DNA from: Ruminococcus sp.
GTDB taxonomy: Bacteria > Bacillota > Clostridia > Oscillospirales > Ruminococcaceae
DNA: 64,000 nt
NCBI GenBank assembly: GCA_021205185.1
Contig: JAJPYB010000011.1
Span: forward strand, 33,990-97,989
Direction of reading: 5' to 3'
The position numbers and the translations under genes are program-made. Below are positions 9,263 through 18,782 of the stretch, piece after piece. The notes beneath the pieces are model-generated. The model was not told where the DNA came from, ran no database searches, and saw nothing but the letters and a program-made list of their open reading frames with translations. Within the stretch, counting starts at the first letter, position 1. Every line of letters starts with the position of its first letter.

Positions 9263-10887
9263 AAAGCATCCTGAATGCCCTGCTCGGTTCTCGTGTCGAC
9301 AGAGGATGTAGCTTCGTCGAGAATCAAAATCTTCGGGTCGGCAATTACAGCTCTTGCAATGTTTATAAGCTGCTTCTGACCGTGTGAGAGGTTTTCCCCT
9401 GCCTGCCGCAGGTAGGTCTGGTAGCCGTCTTTAAGCCGATTTATAAACTGTGCGCAGTTGCTCGTTTGTGCCGCTTTAACGACAGCCGCTTCGTCAGCTT
9501 CAGGATTTGAGTATTTTATATTATTTTCAATCGTATCCGAGAACAAAACCGTATCCTGCAAAACTATAGCTGTATTCTTTCTCAGCCAGTCACGATCAAG
9601 ATCTAAAATATTCTTCCCGTCAATCAGAATCTCGCCCGAATCGGCAAGGTAAAATCTCATAAGCAGGTTTACAATAGTTGTCTTGCCGCTTCCCGTTGCG
9701 CCGACAAGCGCAATTTTCTGCCCCGACTTTACGTCCAGACTAAAGTCGTAAAGCACCTGCTTTCCCGGAATATACGAAAAGTCGATATGCCTAAATGAAA
9801 TATTTCCCTGCATATTTTCAATCGTTTCATCACCGCTGTTATTCTCGTTCGGCTGATCCATAAGTCCGAAAACTCTCTCAGCGCCAGCAAGCGCCGTCTG
9901 AAGCGAGCCGTAAAGATTTGCAATTTCATTTATCGGCCGTGAAAACTGTTTAGCGTAGATTATAAAGGCTGAAATTACACCGATTGTTATAAGCTCCTTT
10001 AGTGCAAAATATCCGCCGAAAGCCGCTACTATTACAAAGCTCAGGTTTGAAATACAGTTCATAATAGGGCCCATGCTTCCGCCTAAAATCTCTGCGTGAA
10101 TGCCCTCTTTGGTAAGTCTGTCGGAAATTTCAGCAAACTCGGTTTTTGTCCTTTCCTGTCGGTTGTTCGCCAGAACTGTGCGATAGCCTGTAATCATTTC
10201 CTCAGAATGTCCGTTTAGTTCTCCGAGAGCTTTTGCCCGTCTGCGGAAAACGCTTCGCATTTTCGTAGACATTACCTTTGTGACAAAAACTGTAATGACT
10301 ACAGTTATCATAGTTATAAGGGTCAGCTGCCAGCAGTAATAAAGCATAATAGCAACTGTGCCTATAATTGTCAGAACTCCAGATACGAGCGAGCCTAAGC
10401 TCTGGGAAACGGTATTTGAAATGTTTTCAATATCGTTTGTCATTCTGCTCATTACATCGCCGTTTGAGTGAGTATCAAGATAGGAAATTGAAAGATGGTC
10501 GATCTTGTTAAACAGGTCATATCGCATATTTCTGACAATGCTTTGGCTGAGTCTTGCTGAAAGCAGCGACTGAACGAGCGTAAACAAGGTGTTCAGCAAA
10601 AAGGATATAAGCAGTAATATAAGCAATACCTTAAACGAGCTCCACGAGCGATCCTTGATGCAGTCTATTACCTCTCCTTGTATTGCCGGGGAAATAAGAG
10701 ATGTGATTGTTACCAGTACAACAGCTACGAAAACTCCCAGAAACAGATACTTTGATTTAAGCAGATACTTGGCGAGTCTTCGGAGAGTTTTTCCAGCGTC
10801 CTTTGATTTTTCTACCTCCTGTGACATTGGCGGTCCATGACGACGTAAATCAACCCTTGGAGGATTGTTCGGTTGGTTATTCGGCAT
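9073..10887 (-). CDS. ABC exporter, fused permease/ATPase (multidrug-type heterodimer subunit)
   Basis: 604 aa with an N-terminal 6-TM domain, Walker A GATGSGKTT and signature LSHGQKQ. Confidence 0.9.
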   Translation of the reverse strand: MPNNQPNNPPRVDLRRHGPPMSQEVEKSKDAGKTLRRLAKYLLKSKYLFLGVFVAVVLVTITSLISPAIQGEVIDCIKDRSWSSFKVLLILLLISFLLNTLFTLVQSLLSARLSQSIVRNMRYDLFNKIDHLSISYLDTHSNGDVMSRMTNDIENISNTVSQSLGSLVSGVLTIIGTVAIMLYYCWQLTLITMITVVITVFVTKVMSTKMRSVFRRRAKALGELNGHSEEMITGYRTVLANNRQERTKTEFAEISDRLTKEGIHAEILGGSMGPIMNCISNLSFVIVAAFGGYFALKELITIGVISAFIIYAKQFSRPINEIANLYGSLQTALAGAERVFGLMDQPNENNSGDETIENMQGNISFRHIDFSYIPGKQVLYDFSLDVKSGQKIALVGATGSGKTTIVNLLMRFYLADSGEILIDGKNILDLDRDWLRKNTAIVLQDTVLFSDTIENNIKYSNPEADEAAVVKAAQTSNCAQFINRLKDGYQTYLRQAGENLSHGQKQLINIARAVIADPKILILDEATSSVDTRTEQGIQDALVNLMKNRTSLIIAHRLSTIQDADIIVVMEKGRVVETGTHEELLEKQGAYYSLYMAQFAGNKT

Positions 10888-12607
10888 AGGAAATCTCCCC
10901 CTTCTTTAGCTGCGAACGGCAAATTTCCCGATATACATCCGACGTTTCAAGCAGCTCGGAATGTGTTCCGCTGGCGCAAATTTTTCCATGCTCCAAAACG
11001 TAAATTCTGTCCGCCTGTCTGACGGACGCAATTCTCTGTGCGACAATAATTCTTGTGGTGTCTGAAAACTCCTTGTTCAAAGCCTCATAAAAGGCGCTTT
11101 CGGTCTTTAAGTCAAGAGCGCTTCCGGAATCGTCTAAAATCAGAATTTCAGGCTTTTTAATCATCTCACGAGCGATAGAAATTCTTTGCTTTTGTCCGCC
11201 AGAAAGCGAATGTCCGCTTTCGGTAACGGCAGTTTCATAGCCGTCAGCCATACGAAGTATAAACTCCTCAGCCTGCGCGGTATTTGCCGCCTTGCTTATC
11301 TCCTCTTGAGCTGCGCCCTCGCTTCCCCAGCAGATATTTTCCTTAATACTTCTTGAAAACAGCTCAGCCTTTTGCTGAACTATACCTATCTTGCTGCGAA
11401 GCGCCTGAATATCGTATTCCAGCACGTTATGTCCGTCGACCATAACCTCGCCCTCGGTTGCGTCGTAAAATCTTGGAATGAGGTCTACAAGACTTGACTT
11501 TCCGCAGCCGGTAGAACCGATAATAGCGATGGTTTCGCCCTTTTTGACAGATAATGAAATATCGTCGAGCACTATATTTTCAGGCAGGTTCGGATAGGAA
11601 AATGTTACGTGCTTGAATTCAACCTCGCCGTGTACTTTTGTATCGGCTGTCTGAGTTCCTGACTTTTGCGCGCTTTCGGTATTTAAAACCTCACGGATTC
11701 TTTTCCACGAAGCGGCGGCTCTTGTAAAGGTCTGGAAAATATTTGCCAGAAAGACAATTCTCATAAGAATCAATGAAAGATATGTAATTGCCGCCATAAT
11801 TTGTCCCGGAGTAATGCTGCCATTTGCCTGAACGGTATAGCCGCCAACGTACAAAACTCCCACAACGCACAGATTGAGGACGATATTTACGCACGGATTT
11901 AAAAACGCAAGAATAGTCTGCGCTCTTAAATTTGTACTGCAAAGAGAATCGTTAGCTTTTGAAAAGTTTTCAAGCTCGCTGTCCTCTTTAACATAAGCCT
12001 TTACCACTCTCGCTCCCGCTATGTTTTCCTGAACTACGCAGTTTACCCTATCAAGCTTTTGCTGGATTTTTGTAAAGAGCGGCGACACCTTCTTTAGCGT
12101 GAAAACTACGATCAATGTTACAAACGGCAAGCCGCACGCCGCTACAAGCGCAAATCTCGGTGACTGGCGGTAGAGCATAAAAATTCCGCCGGCAAACATT
12201 ACAACGCACCGAACCAGCGAGCGGATACATTGCATAATCATCTGCTCAACCTGCGATACGTCGTTTGTAATTCTGGTTACAAGCGAGCCTGTTGTAAAGC
12301 GGTCGGTCTGCTCAAAGGAAAAATCCATAATGTGCGAGAACATATCCTTTCTGACGTCGTTCCCGAAATTTTGCGAAGCGATATTTGCAAACACTCCGCA
12401 AAGAACTCCGCAGGCGCCGCCGAACATTACAAGCAGTACCATTTTAATTCCTTCATAAAAAATGAGCTGTATATTTCCGCCCAGTACGCCGTCGTCCACA
12501 ATCGTCGCCATCATATCAGGCTGAATCAAGTCCATTGCAATTTCGCCAAACATAAACAGCGGCGCTAAAATACAGCAGTACCAGTATTTTTTCAAGTACT
12601 TTAGCAT
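10877..12607 (-). CDS. ABC exporter, fused permease/ATPase (partner subunit)
   Basis: 576 aa with Walker A GSTGCGKSS and signature LSGGQKQR. It overlaps the downstream partner by 11 nt. Confidence 0.9.
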   Translation of the reverse strand: MLKYLKKYWYCCILAPLFMFGEIAMDLIQPDMMATIVDDGVLGGNIQLIFYEGIKMVLLVMFGGACGVLCGVFANIASQNFGNDVRKDMFSHIMDFSFEQTDRFTTGSLVTRITNDVSQVEQMIMQCIRSLVRCVVMFAGGIFMLYRQSPRFALVAACGLPFVTLIVVFTLKKVSPLFTKIQQKLDRVNCVVQENIAGARVVKAYVKEDSELENFSKANDSLCSTNLRAQTILAFLNPCVNIVLNLCVVGVLYVGGYTVQANGSITPGQIMAAITYLSLILMRIVFLANIFQTFTRAAASWKRIREVLNTESAQKSGTQTADTKVHGEVEFKHVTFSYPNLPENIVLDDISLSVKKGETIAIIGSTGCGKSSLVDLIPRFYDATEGEVMVDGHNVLEYDIQALRSKIGIVQQKAELFSRSIKENICWGSEGAAQEEISKAANTAQAEEFILRMADGYETAVTESGHSLSGGQKQRISIAREMIKKPEILILDDSGSALDLKTESAFYEALNKEFSDTTRIIVAQRIASVRQADRIYVLEHGKICASGTHSELLETSDVYREICRSQLKKGEISYAE

Positions 12608-13032
12608 TTCGGCAGCTCCTTTTCTATAATTTCAGAAAGCTCACTCAGCATTTCAATCATCGCGCTTTCCTTTTCGGGCGTAAAAAGTCGTGTAATGTCT
12701 TCGTCAGCCCTGGCGATTCGCTTGTGAAGCTCCTCGGCGCAGTCTTCGCCCTTCTGAGTTAAATACAAATTAACATACCGCTGGTCCTTGGCGTCAGTTT
12801 CCTTTCTAAGATACCCTGTAAGCTCCATTTCCTTGACAATCTGGCTTACAGACGCAGTAGTTATATTTCTGAACTCTGCGATTTCCTTTTGACTTGCGCC
12901 CGGATGTCTTAGCAAAAAAGTAAGCACCATTCGGTACGAATCGGGAATGCCTGCCGCATTTGCCAGCAACTTCATATATCCCGTCCATAGCTTATAGGTG
13001 CTTTTGATATTCAGCATCAGTGGTTTACTCAT
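12601..13032 (-). CDS. MarR-family transcriptional regulator
   Basis: 143 aa with a winged-HTH core (ASQKEIAEFRNITTASVSQIVKEME..GYL.R). It overlaps the ABC gene, suggesting an operon. Confidence 0.85.
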   Translation of the reverse strand: MSKPLMLNIKSTYKLWTGYMKLLANAAGIPDSYRMVLTFLLRHPGASQKEIAEFRNITTASVSQIVKEMELTGYLRKETDAKDQRYVNLYLTQKGEDCAEELHKRIARADEDITRLFTPEKESAMIEMLSELSEIIEKELPKC

Positions 13033-13124
13033 ATTCTCACCTCAATTAAATAGTTAGCTACTTAATTATATCGAAACGGCTTGAATTTGTCAAGGCAAAA
13101 TTTAAGCTCCCCTCTTTGCAAGCT

Positions 13125-13940
13125 TTAAGCAAAGAGAGAAGCTATCTGAGTTCGATAATTCATTCCCAGCATCAAAACGCCTATAACCGTTAAAACGGCT
13201 CCTGTGACAAGTCCTACGATGCGGTTGTTCACACGGTTTGCAAATCTTGCGGAAACAACAGACGCCGCAGATTCGGTCACGATACAAAGAACGAGCAGCT
13301 GCCAGTCGTCGAAAATAATAGTCGGGTCTATAAGCGAATGACTGACAAAGGCGATAAGCGCCGTAAAGGTCATAATAAACGTACTTGTGCCAACAGCCGT
13401 TTTTCGGTTCATTCGCAAAAAAGCTGTAAACACTACAAGCATCATCATTCCGCCGCCAGAGCCTACAAAGCCTGTTCCAAAGCCGATAGTAAGTCCGAAA
13501 AAGAGCGAGATTGCAACTGATTTAGCGTCAAGCTTTGCGCCCTGGGAAACGCTGTCCTCGTGAGAGGTGTCAGGCTTCAGCAAAAAGCGAATGCCTATTG
13601 CGACGCACAGAAAAAGTGAAAAGCCGCCTAAAACTACATTGCCGACCTCGAACGCTACAAAGCTTCCTAAAATACACATACTGACAATGCAAACGAGCAT
13701 TATCCAGCCCCGCTTTAAGTCAATGTTTTTATGCCTGATGTATATCGACGTTGTAAATGCCGAGCCTAAAATATCAGAAGCAAGAGCGATAGCCGTCGCA
13801 TGATAAGCTCCCGTTTCGCCGGCAAAGGTTGGGCACAGGACTATCATAATCGGAACCATAACAGTAGCTGCTGAAAGTCCGGCTAATCCTGTTCCCACTC
13901 CTGCGCCAAGCGCCGCTAAAAAGCACCATAAATATTCCAT
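13125..13940 (-). CDS. TauE/SafE-family (DUF81) anion exporter-like membrane protein
   Basis: 271 aa with about 8 TM helices and Gly-rich repeats typical of the family. Confidence 0.65.
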   Translation of the reverse strand: MEYLWCFLAALGAGVGTGLAGLSAATVMVPIMIVLCPTFAGETGAYHATAIALASDILGSAFTTSIYIRHKNIDLKRGWIMLVCIVSMCILGSFVAFEVGNVVLGGFSLFLCVAIGIRFLLKPDTSHEDSVSQGAKLDAKSVAISLFFGLTIGFGTGFVGSGGGMMMLVVFTAFLRMNRKTAVGTSTFIMTFTALIAFVSHSLIDPTIIFDDWQLLVLCIVTESAASVVSARFANRVNNRIVGLVTGAVLTVIGVLMLGMNYRTQIASLFA

Positions 13941-14081
13941 AGTAAAACCTCAATAATGGCAACCGATAAACTAAAACTTATGTGAAAAGCATTCAATTCA
14001 AGCCACAACACCAGCTATGTTTGCCACACTGCGTAAAGAATATCACACAATATATTAAAAGTCAAATGATGGGCAAATTTA

Positions 14082-14117
14082 CAAAAATAAAACGGAGCAA
14101 GCAAAACTTGTTCCGTT
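14082..14117 (-). terminator. hairpin plus T-run immediately 3' of tRNA-Ser
   Basis: Minus-strand sense: ACGGAACAAG-ttttg-CTTGCTCCGT followed by TTTATTTTT. Confidence 0.55.
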
Positions 14118-14119
14118 TC

Positions 14120-14208
14120 TGGCGGAAGCGGTGGGATTCGAACCCACGAGCCCGTGAGAGCTACCTGATTTCGAGTCAGGCCCGTTATGACCACTTCGAT
14201 ACGCTTCC
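14120..14208 (-). tRNA. tRNA-Ser (anticodon CGA), class II with a long variable arm and encoded CCA
   Basis: Reverse complement reads GGAAGCG...CCTGA-CTCGAAA-TCAGG...GTGGGTTCGAATCCCAC-CGCTTCC-GCCA. It has a 7-nt anticodon loop with U33, CGA and A37, plus the T-loop GTTCGAATC. Confidence 0.9.
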
Positions 14209-14390
14209 AAAAAAGTAAGTGAACCTACCTGCATTCAGCATAGCGAGAACACCGTGATTTAGATTATAGCACACTTTTAAAGCGAATGCAAGTGCTTTTT
14301 TACGGATTTTGGCGGTGGCGTTTAATCTGTGTTGCTATCCGCATTTAAGTATAACATATCAAATATGCAAAAGCAAGCTGATTCAGTTTT

Positions 14391-14519
14391 TTAAAAAGCT
14401 ATTGACAAGTCAGCATAGCGAATATGTTTCAGTTTGTCTTCTTGCCCTTCGTTTGCTGCATCAATCTTTTCCTGAACTTGCTTGTACAGTTCATCGCCTA
14501 ACAATTCTTCCAGTTTCAT
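14391..14519 (-). pseudogene. N-terminal fragment of a phage GP20-like scaffolding protein
   Basis: MKLEELLGDELYKQVQEKIDAANEGQEDKLKHIRYADLS matches the familiar N-terminus of phage scaffold proteins, then stops after 42 aa. A GGAGAAAGG RBS is present. Confidence 0.5.
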
Positions 14520-14827
14520 TTTCTTCCTTTCTCCGTCTGCTGTGTGCATTCGGCTGACAGTTTTATCGCCTTGTCCGGGCAAAATTTACGGTTTAGTTTT
14601 ATCGCCATTACCGTTTTTCGGGCAATAAAAAAGGACGTCGCATTTCGCTTCGTCCTTAAATAACTTTATTTTCTCTTGTGATGTGCTATTGCCAGTACAA
14701 TAAACCCGATAATCACTATAGAGACGTAAATGCCAACCGCCACGGTTCGCATTTCAAAATACAGATTTACAAAATCCATTTGCTTTCACCTAATTAAAAA
14801 GCACCCTCAGGTTTATTCTGAAAGTGC

Positions 14828-15022
14828 TTATGTTTTCTTCATTCTCACATCATCTTCGCTACCTTCGATAATTTCAAATATGTGAGGTGGAAACAAATAT
14901 GATTCGTCAAGTTCTGTCATAACACGATACCAGCCTTTTTCAATAGATAAAACTTTACATATTTTACCAGTAGGCATAGCAATACAATCTTTGCCAATAT
15001 ATTTTACAATCAATCTAGCCAC
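14828..15022 (-). CDS. small hypothetical protein (64 aa) overlapping the 3' end of the head-morphogenesis fragment
   Basis: ORF track. It overlaps the upstream ORF by 13 nt. No family was recognised. Confidence 0.4.
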   Translation of the reverse strand: MARLIVKYIGKDCIAMPTGKICKVLSIEKGWYRVMTELDESYLFPPHIFEIIEGSEDDVRMKKT

Positions 15023-15543
15023 TCCTTTATAAAGAAATCAAACTTGCCAATATTTTGGCACTGCACCCAATGTACTTCTGCACGGCGATCACCATCTAAC
15101 GTTTCAACTACACCATAGCCTTTAGCGTGCTGCCAATCTTCCGCTACTCCACCATATTTATTTGCGTATTTTTCAGCTTTTCTGAATTCAGTTTTAGTTC
15201 CTTTTCCTGCAAATACTTCAACATTTTGAATTTTAGTACCTTCAGCAAAATGAAACATTTCGCCTGTTTCAAAATCAATAATTTCATAATTTGCTGCTTT
15301 AGCACCGATGCTACGACCTATTTCAATATCGTCTAAAAGTATTATATCACTATCTTCTGAAGCTTTCAAGTATTTTTGTTTAAAATCTTCAAAATCTTTT
15401 GTCTTATCGAGCCCGAAGTATTCAGCTCGTGATTGCTGGCGCTTTAGTTCATCTTCATCTAACGCCCACCTTGCTCGCTGATTCATACAGCAGCGGCAGT
15501 TGCATACATTACGAGCCGAACCACCAACGCCGGGAGCTTTCAT
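15010..15543 (-). pseudogene. C-terminal fragment of a phage head-morphogenesis protein (SPP1 gp7 / Mu F-like) with an extra C-terminal domain
   Basis: It has the NVCNCRCC motif characteristic of the end of the gp7/MuF domain. The N-terminal several hundred residues expected for the family are missing, and a stop lies about 40 nt upstream in frame. Confidence 0.45.
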
Positions 15544-15764
15544 TTTTTCGCCGCCGACGGTGAGAGGAATTGAGGATTAAATAACAAGCAAGACACGGTA
15601 ATAGAGTACTACACAAAACTCAGTAAAGTAATATATGCTCGCCCGACCCCGCCCTTTGTTGGAAAGGTTTCAAAACACCACTAACGTGGCGTTTTGAGGA
15701 TTCTGAGAATGAGATTAAAATAGAGCTTGAAAAAATCTCAAAATAATTTCCACAACCCCCACAT

Positions 15765-15786
15765 TTCGACAAAAAATTCTGTCAAT
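15765..15786. promoter_or_regulatory. candidate Spo0A boxes upstream of spo0A
   Basis: TTCGACA at 15765-15771 is a perfect reverse complement of the 0A-box TGTCGAA. A near-box TGTCAAT lies at 15780-15786, about 80-95 nt upstream of the start. Confidence 0.45.
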
Positions 15787-15860
15787 AAATGGTAAAATAG
15801 CATTAAGAAAATAGCCTTGCTGATAGCGAGGGTTAAAATATTGACGAAAGGAATGGTTTT

Positions 15861-16616
15861 ATGAGCCAGAAAATCAAGGTTTTAATCGGCGACGACAGCG
15901 CCGAATTTGGGGTGAATCTTGCAAGCAGTTTACGAGGTATGGGGTTTTACGTAATCGCAAGGCAAAAGAATGGCGAGACACTTTTTGAAGCAATAAAAAG
16001 CGAGCAGCCGAATGTTGCAATAATCGACGCCGTTATGCCGAATCTCGACGCTATCGAGCTGCTCAAAAAATTAAACTCTGCAGGTTGCAAAAAACCGAAA
16101 ATTATTGTTGTAAGCTCGTTTGATAACCAGTTTGCAGAACGCTCGGTAATGGAGCTTGGCGCATCGTACTATATGCGAAAGCCGATTGATCCGCAAATTC
16201 TGACCGAGCGGATAAATTCGTTGCTTGAAGAATCGCTTGGCGAGGTTTCAATTCACTCGGCTAACTCCCAACTAAGACTTGAAATTAAGATCACAGATAT
16301 GATTCATCAGATTGGTGTTCCGGCTCATATCAAGGGCTACCACTACCTAAGGGAAGCAATTTTGCTTTCAATTAACGATTCGCAGATGCTGGAAAGCGTG
16401 ACGAAAATCTTGTACCCAGCCGTTGCGAAGAAGTTTAACACGACATCATCACGTGTTGAACGAGCGATTCGGCACGCCATAGAAATCGCTTGGGACAGAG
16501 GAGATATTGACACGCTAAATTCGTTCTTCGGCTATACAGTTGACGTTGCAAAAGGCAAGCCCACCAACAGCGAGTTTATTGCTCTGATTGCGGATAGGAT
16601 TAGGTTGAGGACATGA
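15861..16616 (+). CDS. spo0A: sporulation master response regulator Spo0A (receiver plus Spo0A_C DNA-binding domain)
   Basis: 251 aa. The receiver domain has GDDS and the [10 protein letters not shown] acceptor Asp. The C-domain reads [20 protein letters not shown]...[20 protein letters not shown]...[17 protein letters not shown], the Spo0A signature. Confidence 0.9.
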   Translation: MSQKIKVLIGDDSAEFGVNLASSLRGMGFYVIARQKNGETLFEAIKSEQPNVAIIDAVMPNLDAIELLKKLNSAGCKKPKIIVVSSFDNQFAERSVMELGASYYMRKPIDPQILTERINSLLEESLGEVSIHSANSQLRLEIKITDMIHQIGVPAHIKGYHYLREAILLSINDSQMLESVTKILYPAVAKKFNTTSSRVERAIRHAIEIAWDRGDIDTLNSFFGYTVDVAKGKPTNSEFIALIADRIRLRT

Positions 16617-16740
16617 GTTAGTGGTGGGAAGGTTGCATAAATCCGTCAAAAAGGAGCAGTCTTTTAAGGGTTGAACTTAGGAATTTTCTGAGACAAACTA
16701 ATTTTTGAGAACGAGCTTTAAGCTGGCAAAGAAAATGCGG

Positions 16741-16968
16741 TCAGGCGAAAGCAGAAACGCTTTTGCTTGGCCGTATTTTTTGTTGTAAACATCGCAAATT
16801 CTTTTCAAAACGATTAGTGGTATTGCCCGCTTGATATTCTGTCAAAAGGTTCGCCGCTTCTCCTACGCTTTCCCAGCTTTCAGTCGTCTGCTGTCCTGCT
16901 GTCGCCATTTGACTAAGCTTATCTGACATTTCGTCTATAAGCTTAAACCGTGCGGACAATTCAGCCAT
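16741..16968 (-). CDS. hypothetical short ORF, possibly another phage gene fragment
   Basis: 75 aa (MAELSARFKLIDEMSDKLSQMATAG...). An AAAGGGGG RBS is present. No firm family was recognised. Confidence 0.3.
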   Translation of the reverse strand: MAELSARFKLIDEMSDKLSQMATAGQQTTESWESVGEAANLLTEYQAGNTTNRFEKNLRCLQQKIRPSKSVSAFA

Positions 16969-17044
16969 TTTGCTACCCCCTTTTTGGTAAAATAAAAGGA
17001 GCTACTATTTTTGTAGCTCCTGTTGAGTATTTTATGAAATTTTT

Positions 17045-17440
17045 TTATCTTTTTTCCAAGCCTGCGTCTTCTGCTAGATTGTTTCTGCTTTCAATAACGT
17101 TGTTATATGATTCGCTATCTCCATATATGCGGTCACCAAGCACATCTGACGCTAAGCTCGACACATCAATTTGTATACAAAAATCTGCGGTATGCTGCTT
17201 TCTCTCCTCGTCAGTGTTTTGTGACATACTATCCACATACGACATATCATCGTAATAGCCATCTATAAGGTCATAAGCTGTTTCACCGTCAAGCGTTCCG
17301 TCTAAATACTGGTCGGCTACGTTAACAGCACGAGTAGCTATAGAAATAGCTTTTTCACTAGCATTGGTTTCGTTTTCGGAACAGGCGGTAAAAAACAATA
17401 AGCTCAAAATGCAAACAATCGGTACTAAAAATTTCTTCAT
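17045..17440 (-). CDS. hypothetical lipoprotein
   Basis: 131 aa with the lipobox LLFFTAC. Confidence 0.6.
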   Translation of the reverse strand: MKKFLVPIVCILSLLFFTACSENETNASEKAISIATRAVNVADQYLDGTLDGETAYDLIDGYYDDMSYVDSMSQNTDEERKQHTADFCIQIDVSSLASDVLGDRIYGDSESYNNVIESRNNLAEDAGLEKR

Positions 17441-17607
17441 AGCAAGTCCTCCCTATATGTGTCATTTGTGTGCATTATATCACACTTTATAATGATTTTC
17501 CACAGGGATTTTTGATTGTTTGCAAATTGTTTACAATTAGAATAATCGTTTTCTGACTGCGTGCTTGTCTTCTTCCATTTCTGAGGCAATGTAGAACAGC
17601 TGTTGAC

Positions 17608-18000
17608 TCACCTCGCTGCCTCTTTTTCATACGCTTTTCTTACCGTCCGCATCAGTCCAACAATATATTCTTTATTCGCAATCGTCTTTTCACCAGCCTT
17701 GATTTCAGCTGCAATCTGTTTGCCAAAAATACAAGCGAAGATTTCTTTGTTTCCTCTCTTACAAGATGTTCTAATAGCGGTCGCAAATGCCCTTTCGATG
17801 CAAGCAATAGTTACACCGTGATTTTGAGCAATCGCAGTATAGATTTTGCCAGAAATATTGTCAAGCACTTCAGGCTCGCAAGCACTCATCACTACGGCCT
17901 CACGGATGTAATAATAGCCTTTTAGATTTGCAGGAATACCAAGTTGAAGAATGACGTTGGTTGTTAAGTTTTTTAGATCTGCAAGGTCGTGGTGGGGCAT
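17608..18000 (-). CDS. stand-alone Spo0A C-terminal (DNA-binding) domain protein with no receiver domain; divergent paralog A
   Basis: 130 aa: MPHHD...LQLGIPANLKGYYYIREAV...HGVTIACIERAFATAIR...KTIANKEYIVGLMRTV aligns with Spo0A residues ~150-250. It starts directly at the Spo0A_C domain. Confidence 0.75.
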   Translation of the reverse strand: MPHHDLADLKNLTTNVILQLGIPANLKGYYYIREAVVMSACEPEVLDNISGKIYTAIAQNHGVTIACIERAFATAIRTSCKRGNKEIFACIFGKQIAAEIKAGEKTIANKEYIVGLMRTVRKAYEKEAAR

Positions 18001-18051
18001 ATTATTTCCTCCTGTCTGTGCTGTGTTTCAGATTGTTAGCTCTTCAATGAA

Positions 18052-18081
18052 ATTGTATCATAGTGGGGTGAGGATTGTCAA
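18052..18081 (-). promoter_or_regulatory. promoter candidate for paralog A (TTGACA-N18-TACAAT with a TGn extension)
   Basis: Plus strand reads tgtcaa at 18076-18081 and attgta at 18052-18057. Confidence 0.5.
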
Positions 18082-18201
18082 GTGGTGGGGTGATAAAAAA
18101 TGGAGCAGTCTGAGAAGGCTGCTCCTTATTGATTTACTTTTGCAAATTATGCGGCATCCCCCGTCGCTAGCTTCTACTCTCTCATTTCAAGCTTAACTCT
18201 A

Positions 18202-18543
18202 TCAGCTACCAACGCTATAAACTCGCTGTTGGTCGGTTTTACCCTTTTCATCATCAATCGTGTAACCAAAGAAGGAGTTTTGTACATTGAAATCGCCCTC
18301 GTTCCAAGCAATTTCTATTGCGTAGCGAATCGAACGTTCCACCCTCGAAGAAGTTGTATTGAACTTTTTGGCAACCGCTGGGTACAAGATTTTTGTTACG
18401 CTTTCGAGCATCTGCGAGTCGTTAATTAAAAGAAGAATTGCTTCACGCAGATAGTGGTAGCCTTTCAATTTTTCTGGTACGCCTAGCTTAAGGATGAAAT
18501 TGGTGGTTAAAAGTTCTAACCGGTGAGTGTCGTGGTGGGGCAT
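18202..18543 (-). CDS. stand-alone Spo0A C-terminal domain protein; paralog B (core identical to Spo0A, C-terminal tail frameshifted)
   Basis: 113 aa. [51 protein letters not shown] is identical in protein to spo0A. The last ~12 residues are out of frame relative to a Spo0A-like tail (NSEFIALVADRVKLEMRE) that is still readable in another frame. Confidence 0.7.
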   Translation of the reverse strand: MPHHDTHRLELLTTNFILKLGVPEKLKGYHYLREAILLLINDSQMLESVTKILYPAVAKKFNTTSSRVERSIRYAIEIAWNEGDFNVQNSFFGYTIDDEKGKTDQQRVYSVGS

Positions 18544-18597
18544 ATTATTTTCTCCTGTCTGTGCTGTATTTTAGATTGTTAGCTTTTCAATAAAATT

Positions 18598-18627
18598 ATT
18601 TTAACATAAAAGTTTGTGGGTTGTCAA
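18598..18627 (-). promoter_or_regulatory. promoter candidate for paralog B (TTGACA-N18-TAAAAT with a TGn extension)
   Basis: Plus strand reads tgtcaa at 18622-18627 and atttta at 18598-18603. The 5' UTR is homologous to that of paralog A. Confidence 0.5.
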
Positions 18628-18782
18628 GAGATGTGGCAAAAAATAGAGCTATCTATAAAGGCTTTCATAATCCAAAATCCATACTATTTTGCAAAAGCGT
18701 AAAGGACTGTAGGGATGCGAGGACACAGTTTCCTTTTGAGAAACTTTCTCCACCTTGCCTTAAATTTTAGAGATAGAAGCCT

